Assembly (NCBI GenBank): GCA_963991985.1
Contig: CAXDRX010000007.1
Coordinates: forward strand, 8,475 to 72,474
Length of the DNA: 64,000 nt
From: an uncultured bacterium
Lineage (GTDB): Bacteria > Bacteroidota > Bacteroidia > NS11-12g > UBA9320
Direction: 5' to 3'
Of this stretch, positions 59,068-64,000 are shown in pieces. A program made the position numbers and the translations under genes. Position 1 is the stretch's first letter. Each line of letters begins with the position of its first letter. A model generated the notes under the pieces. It had not been told where the DNA came from. It saw only the letters and a list, made by a program, of their open reading frames with translations, and made no database searches.

Positions 59068-60360
59068 GTGTATTCAATACATTGGTTCCGTAGAGATTTA
59101 AGACTATTTGACAACCACAGTCTTTTTCGTGCGCTTTCCTCAGGGAAACCAACAAAATTGGTTTTTATTTTTGATCGGGACATTTTGGATAAATTGGACG
59201 ACAGCGCAGATGCTCGAGTCCATTTTATTCACAATCAAATACTCGACTTAAATTTAGAATTGAACCGGCTTCAAGCATCCATTGAAGTTTATTACGGAAA
59301 ACCTGCATCCATATGGGAAGAAATCATAAATCAACACCCAATTTCAGAAGTTTATGCAAATGAAGATTATGAGCCCTATGCAATCCAGAGGGACAATAGA
59401 ATAAGGGACAATTTGAACCAAAAAGGTATTTCATTTCAACTGTGCAAAGACCATGTAATTTTTGAAAAGAATGAGGTCTTAAAAAAGGATGGCACTCCGT
59501 ATACCGTTTATACACCCTACTCAAAAGCATGGAAAGAAAAACTCTTACAAGAACCAATCAAACAATATCCATCAGAAAATATTTTACAAAACTTGCACTC
59601 AAATGGGATTCAAAAACCCATAGAGCTAGAAGAAATGGGATTTAGAAAATCAAATCAAAATTTCCCTAAAAAAGTAATTCAGGAAACTATCATAAAAAAT
59701 TATGCAAAAACGAGAGACATACCAGGTATATTCGGCACATCCCGGCTTGGTATTCATTTTCGATTTGGCACCATTAGCATTCGAGAAAAAGCAAAAAAAG
59801 CAGAGCAACTAAGCACCAAATATTTCAATGAATTAATTTGGCGTGAATTTTACATCAGTATTCTGTACCATTTTCCGCAGGTTGTGGAGAAAGCATTTAA
59901 GCCAATTTATGATACAATTCAATGGGAAAATAATGAAGAAAATTTTGCAAAATGGTGTCATGGACAAACAGGCTATCCTCTGGTTGATGCAGGAATGCGA
60001 GAGTTAAATGAATCGGGATATATGCACAATAGAACCAGAATGTTGGCCGCAAGTTTTCTAACCAAACATTTGCTAATTGATTGGAGATGGGGTGAACACT
60101 ATTTTGCAAAAAAGCTTTTAGATTTTGATTTGGCATCGAACAACGGTGGTTGGCAGTGGGCGGCAGGTTCAGGTGTGGATGCCGCGCCCTATTTTAGAAT
60201 TTTCAACCCATTCATTCAACACAGCAAGTTTGATCCACACAATAAGTACGTAAAAAAATGGGTTCCAGAATTCGACACTCCTGATTACCCTACCGAAATA
60301 GTAGATCACCAGTGGGCAAGAAATAGATGTCTAGAGGCTTACAAACATGCACTTCAATGA
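59068..60360 (+). CDS. Deoxyribodipyrimidine photolyase / cryptochrome-family FAD protein
   Basis: MYSIHWFRRDLRLFDNHSLFRAL photolyase N-terminus; FAD-binding C-terminal motifs (...GYPLVDAGMRELNESGYMHNRTRMLAASFL..., DW..GEHYF...LLDFD.ASN.GGWQW.AG); 430 aa. Confidence 0.9.
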   Translation: MYSIHWFRRDLRLFDNHSLFRALSSGKPTKLVFIFDRDILDKLDDSADARVHFIHNQILDLNLELNRLQASIEVYYGKPASIWEEIINQHPISEVYANEDYEPYAIQRDNRIRDNLNQKGISFQLCKDHVIFEKNEVLKKDGTPYTVYTPYSKAWKEKLLQEPIKQYPSENILQNLHSNGIQKPIELEEMGFRKSNQNFPKKVIQETIIKNYAKTRDIPGIFGTSRLGIHFRFGTISIREKAKKAEQLSTKYFNELIWREFYISILYHFPQVVEKAFKPIYDTIQWENNEENFAKWCHGQTGYPLVDAGMRELNESGYMHNRTRMLAASFLTKHLLIDWRWGEHYFAKKLLDFDLASNNGGWQWAAGSGVDAAPYFRIFNPFIQHSKFDPHNKYVKKWVPEFDTPDYPTEIVDHQWARNRCLEAYKHALQ

Positions 60361-60815
60361 AATTTTTTGCAAGAATTTTCGTACCAACCTTTTTCTTTTT
60401 GACCAACTGCGGCAATCCAAATTCTTCAGAAGCATATTTGAAATTTATCAAAAAAGGTTTTAATGCAGATCGATTCAAATTGGAAAATATTGTTTTGGCA
60501 GAAAATCATATCCACAAGGATCAAAATAACAACTTCTATGCACCACTCATGCAACAACTTCTGAATACACGGAAAGAATTGATTTACAGGAAAGTACCCT
60601 CCTCCGATTCCATGATTTGGTCTTACGCTCTGGGGATCAATTTGGTTTATCTTCAATATATTCAGGAATTAAAAAAAGAGCAAATCAAAAGGAGTGTTGT
60701 CGACGAAATAAAACAGAGAGAAATTTACTTCTTAAAACGAATAAAGAAAAAACTACCTGCCAAGAAATCTAGATTTGGAAAAACAACTTTTCATTCCATC
60801 ATTAAGCGGCATTAA
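60357..60815 (+). CDS. Hypothetical lipoprotein
   Basis: MKFFARIFVPTFFFLTNCGN with lipobox L-T-N-C; ATGA start/stop overlap with the photolyase gene; 152 aa with no recognisable domain. Confidence 0.45.
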   Translation: MKFFARIFVPTFFFLTNCGNPNSSEAYLKFIKKGFNADRFKLENIVLAENHIHKDQNNNFYAPLMQQLLNTRKELIYRKVPSSDSMIWSYALGINLVYLQYIQELKKEQIKRSVVDEIKQREIYFLKRIKKKLPAKKSRFGKTTFHSIIKRH

Positions 60816-61422
60816 ATTCAAGCTCAAGCAACTTTTTGGTTTCAAAAAACGATTCTTGAAAGAACACATTAAGTTGGTAACTTTTCACACCTATTTCAGG
60901 GTTTTTATTGAACAAAGTGTTTATTTCTGACTGTAGGTCCCCACCTTTTAAGGCATAAAGCTTTTGTTTGATATTTGTTTTTGTCCATTTCACCAAAACG
61001 TCCAAAGGCGCTACTGCCCGGGTAACAGCAAAATGATATTCATCCACTAAACTTTCAACCCTTCCATGATGTGCTTTCACATTGTCTAGGTTAAGCTTTT
61101 GTTTGATGTCTTCTACAACCCTTATTTTCTTTGCGATAGAATCTACCAGATGAAATTGGACTTTTGGAAAAAGAATGGCCAGCATAATACCAGGAAAACC
61201 TCCACCCGTGCCAATATCTAAGACTTTTTGTCCATCTTGAAAATCAATAAATCTTGCCAAAGACATAGAATGAAGAAAATGTCGAATTTCTAGATGCTCA
61301 ACATCCCTCCTAGAAATAAGATTTACTTTTTGGTTCCATTCAATATATCGGATAAATAAAGATTCAAATTGTTCAATCTGAATCGGAGCTAAATAAGGAA
61401 AATATTTTTTTATTATTTCCAC
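60802..61422 (-). CDS. rsmG: 16S rRNA (guanine527-N7)-methyltransferase RsmG (GidB)
   Basis: ...KVNLISRRDVEHLEIRHFLHS...VLDIGTGGGFPGIMLAILFP... SAM-dependent methyltransferase with GidB hallmarks; 206 aa. Confidence 0.9.
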   Translation of the reverse strand: MEIIKKYFPYLAPIQIEQFESLFIRYIEWNQKVNLISRRDVEHLEIRHFLHSMSLARFIDFQDGQKVLDIGTGGGFPGIMLAILFPKVQFHLVDSIAKKIRVVEDIKQKLNLDNVKAHHGRVESLVDEYHFAVTRAVAPLDVLVKWTKTNIKQKLYALKGGDLQSEINTLFNKNPEIGVKSYQLNVFFQESFFETKKLLELEFNAA

Positions 61423-62567
61423 TCTACTTTTTTATTGAGCCAACTCAAAAAATCAAAATACCAAACATACAAAATCCATAAATATTCCAAAAACGGCCAT
61501 AGGTATAGAAACTTTTTGCTCCTTAGGAGATCAAATTTATCTTTTATCGTTTGGTGAATGATGAACAAAACAAAAAATCCTGGCATCCAAAATTTGTCCA
61601 AATGTTTTAGGATACCGAAAAGAAAAACTCCCCAAAAAAGGGTAAAACCAATTTGCACCAAACCCAATAAGATTAAATTGTTCAAGCGGTAAAACTTGCC
61701 AGCTTGTAGGTGTCTAATTTTCTGATTTTTGTATGTTTTCCATGTTTTTTTGGGGGGTGAGTTCGTAAAAGAACTTTTGTCGAGCAAACAAGCAACATTG
61801 GCAAAGTGAGCAACACTTTGAACAAAAAGATCATCATCTCCCATCGGAATATTGCTGTGTATCTTATAGCCCTCAGCTTTTTCGAAAAGCGTCTTTGTAA
61901 AGCCCAAATTTCTACCAACTCCCATATATGGCTTTCCAATAAGTGCAAAAGAAAAATAGCTTGAAGCCGTTCGAAAAGTTTCATATCGAATAAATGTATT
62001 GAGTAGGCCTTTGCTCTTTGGATAATAGCTATAGCCCAAGATAAGGTCTTTACCCAGCGCAAATTGCTCAACATAACAATTTAAAAAATTGGTTGAATCA
62101 ATATGAACATCAGCATCTATGAACACCATAAAGTCAGACTTTGCGTGTAAAATACCCGTTCGTAGTGCTTGCTTTTTACCACAACCATATTTGTTGCGCA
62201 AAGCCAAAACTCTTTCATCATTGTATTCCTGAACAAATTCATAAGTGCCATCAGTGGAATGGTCGTCAACGATGATTATTTTAAAGTTCGGATGTGCCTG
62301 CTGCAGCCAATTTGGGAGATTTTTTTTTAGATTTTTGATTTCGTTTTTTGCAGCGATAATTAATGAAATCTCAATGTTGTCAAATTCATTGGCAGGCTGC
62401 TTTTCCTTATAAACCCAACCATAAAGGATGATATAAAAAAACAAGACCAAAATAGAAGAAATAAAAAAGGCCAACAGCATCGATAAAAATCGCGGGAAAC
62501 TTAGTATATTTTTTAAAAACTGAGGTAAGATGGTTGCCGACATTAAACACAACAAATAGATTTTCAT
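61413..62567 (-). CDS. Membrane-anchored glycosyltransferase family 2
   Basis: N-terminal TM helices; GT-A DXD region IIVDDHSTDGT...FIDADV; 384 aa. Confidence 0.8.
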   Translation of the reverse strand: MKIYLLCLMSATILPQFLKNILSFPRFLSMLLAFFISSILVLFFYIILYGWVYKEKQPANEFDNIEISLIIAAKNEIKNLKKNLPNWLQQAHPNFKIIIVDDHSTDGTYEFVQEYNDERVLALRNKYGCGKKQALRTGILHAKSDFMVFIDADVHIDSTNFLNCYVEQFALGKDLILGYSYYPKSKGLLNTFIRYETFRTASSYFSFALIGKPYMGVGRNLGFTKTLFEKAEGYKIHSNIPMGDDDLFVQSVAHFANVACLLDKSSFTNSPPKKTWKTYKNQKIRHLQAGKFYRLNNLILLGLVQIGFTLFWGVFLFGILKHLDKFWMPGFFVLFIIHQTIKDKFDLLRSKKFLYLWPFLEYLWILYVWYFDFLSWLNKKVEWK

Positions 62568-62603
62568 AAATCATAAAGGATAGTATCTTTGCAAACCATT
62601 TTA

Positions 62604-62687
62604 GGAGAGGTGCCAGAGTGGTAATGGAGCAGCCTGCTAAGCTGTGATCGCGCAAGTGGTCCCCGGGTTCGAATCCCGGTCTCTCCG
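62604..62687 (+). tRNA. tRNA-Ser (anticodon GCT), class II
   Basis: GGAGAGGTGCCAGAGTGGTAATGGAGCAGCCTGCTAAGCTG... with anticodon loop CTGCTAA; long variable arm; T-arm GGTTCGAATCC; CCA not encoded. Confidence 0.85.
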
Positions 62688-62710
62688 CAAACAAGATTTA
62701 ATACTTGTAT

Positions 62711-62784
62711 GGCTCCTTAGCTCAACTGGATAGAGCAACTGCCTTCTAAGCAGTAGGTTTCAGGTTCGAGTCCTGAAGGAGTCA
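62711..62784 (+). tRNA. tRNA-Arg (anticodon TCT)
   Basis: GGCTCCTTAGCTCAACTGGATAGAGCAACTGCCTTCTAAGCAGT... with anticodon loop CTTCTAA; T-arm GGTTCGAGTCC; 74 nt. Confidence 0.85.
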
Positions 62785-62901
62785 CTCATTTCTTTTTAGA
62801 ACAACGGCAAACAATCATTAAACCTAAGTTTCCTTTCAAAACACAATACATTTTGCTTTTCAATGCACAATAAAATCAATTATAATCAAAAATTTTAACC
62901 A

Positions 62902-64000
62902 TTGGAAATTAGAAACGTCGCAATCATTGCTCATGTAGACCATGGCAAAACAACTCTAGTAGACAATATTTTAAAAGCTACGGAGGTATTCAGAGAAAAT
63001 CAAGCAACCGGTGAGCTAATCATGGACAACAATGATTTGGAGAAAGAGCGAGGAATAACCATTTTTTCAAAAAATGCCGCTGTCGTGTATCAGGGATGTA
63101 AAATAAATGTAATTGACACACCTGGCCATGCTGATTTTGGTGGAGAAGTTGAACGCGTTTTAAAAATGGCCGATGGTGTTTTGCTGCTGGTGGATGCCTT
63201 TGAAGGACCAATGCCACAAACACGTTTTGTATTAAAAAAAGCCTTGGAATTAAACTTGAAACCCATGGTTGTAATCAATAAGGTAGACAAAGAAAATTGC
63301 CGACCTGATGAAGTACATGAAGCTGTTTTTGAATTGTTTTTTCAGTTGGATGCAACAGAAAGCCAGTTGGATTTTATCACCTTTTATGGCAGCGGAAAAC
63401 AAGGGTGGTTCAATCGCTCACTAGACCCCTGCGACAATATTCTCCCATTGCTTGACGGCATTCTTCAACATGTGCCGAAACCAGAGAAATCAAAAGGAAA
63501 TTTACAGATGCAAATCACAAGTTTAGATTATTCCACATTTTCAGGAAGAATTGCGATTGGAAAAATCAACAGAGGCAGCATTCATGAAGGTGAGAGAATT
63601 TCGCTGATCAAGAGAGATGGTACGATTTCAAAACAAAAAATCAAAGAGCTATACCATTTTGAAGGTTTAGGAAAAAAACGAATAAAAAGCGCAGAGGCAG
63701 GAGATATTTGTGCGGTTGTCGGTATCCAAGATTTTAATATTGGTGAAACCATTGCCGATTTAGAAAAGCCCGAAGCACTCCCTTCATTGTCTATTGACGA
63801 ACCCACGATGAATATGACATTCTCGATCAACAACTCCCCTTTTTTTGGCAAGGAAGGAAAGTTGGTCACCAGCCGACATATAAAAGAGCGATTGGAGAAA
63901 GAACTAGAAAAAAATTTAGCACTTAGAGTTGAACCTAATGAAACTGGTGAAAGCTTTGTGGTTTTTGGAAGAGGCATCATGCATTTGGGGGTTCTTGTTG
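62902..64000 (+). CDS. typA: Translational GTPase TypA/BipA (3'-partial, continues beyond the window)
   Basis: TTG start, then (M)[24 protein letters not shown]...[14 protein letters not shown]...NKVD, which is the BipA N-terminus. Frame is open to nt 64000. Absent from the ORF track because it has no stop in the window. Confidence 0.85.
   Translation, partial: MEIRNVAIIAHVDHGKTTLVDNILKATEVFRENQATGELIMDNNDLEKERGITIFSKNAAVVYQGCKINVIDTPGHADFGGEVERVLKMADGVLLLVDAFEGPMPQTRFVLKKALELNLKPMVVINKVDKENCRPDEVHEAVFELFFQLDATESQLDFITFYGSGKQGWFNRSLDPCDNILPLLDGILQHVPKPEKSKGNLQMQITSLDYSTFSGRIAIGKINRGSIHEGERISLIKRDGTISKQKIKELYHFEGLGKKRIKSAEAGDICAVVGIQDFNIGETIADLEKPEALPSLSIDEPTMNMTFSINNSPFFGKEGKLVTSRHIKERLEKELEKNLALRVEPNETGESFVVFGRGIMHLGVLV

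Noticed and set aside
1-64000. Mobile elements, prophage, CRISPR arrays and genomic islands at the tRNA genes
   Set aside because: No transposase, integrase, recombinase, phage structural genes or repeat-spacer arrays were found. tRNA flanks are occupied by housekeeping genes with no direct repeats. Coding density is uniform and syntenic-looking.

Overview
This is an AT-rich, tightly packed chromosomal segment that looks like Bacteroidota. The supporting evidence is T9SS type-A and type-B C-terminal sorting domains, a SusC-like OMP that opens with a CarboxypepD_reg domain, and tig-clpP-clpX synteny. Most of the window is housekeeping: clpX/clpP/tig flanked by two tRNA-Leu genes, prfC, dnaN, divergent valS/aspS, tgt, ubiE, engB, uvrC, greA, rsmG, a photolyase, and typA running off the right end. 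A tolC/adaptor/RND efflux operon and a hddA-hddC-gmhB GDP-heptose cluster are also present. Type IX secretion is unusually well represented. There is a PorT/SprT-like small beta-barrel, a putative porU-porV pair preceded by a 1255-aa OMP, two cargo proteins with type-A C-terminal domains and two giant adhesin-like proteins with type-B domains. I found no transposases, integrases, CRISPR arrays or obvious prophage genes, and almost no non-coding space; the longest intergenic gaps are about 100 nt. Several ORF-track starts are upstream over-extensions (prfC, valS, greA, porV-like, TPR, DUF1800, ubiE); I trimmed them by homology and signal-peptide logic. Internal coordinates may be off by 1-3 nt.
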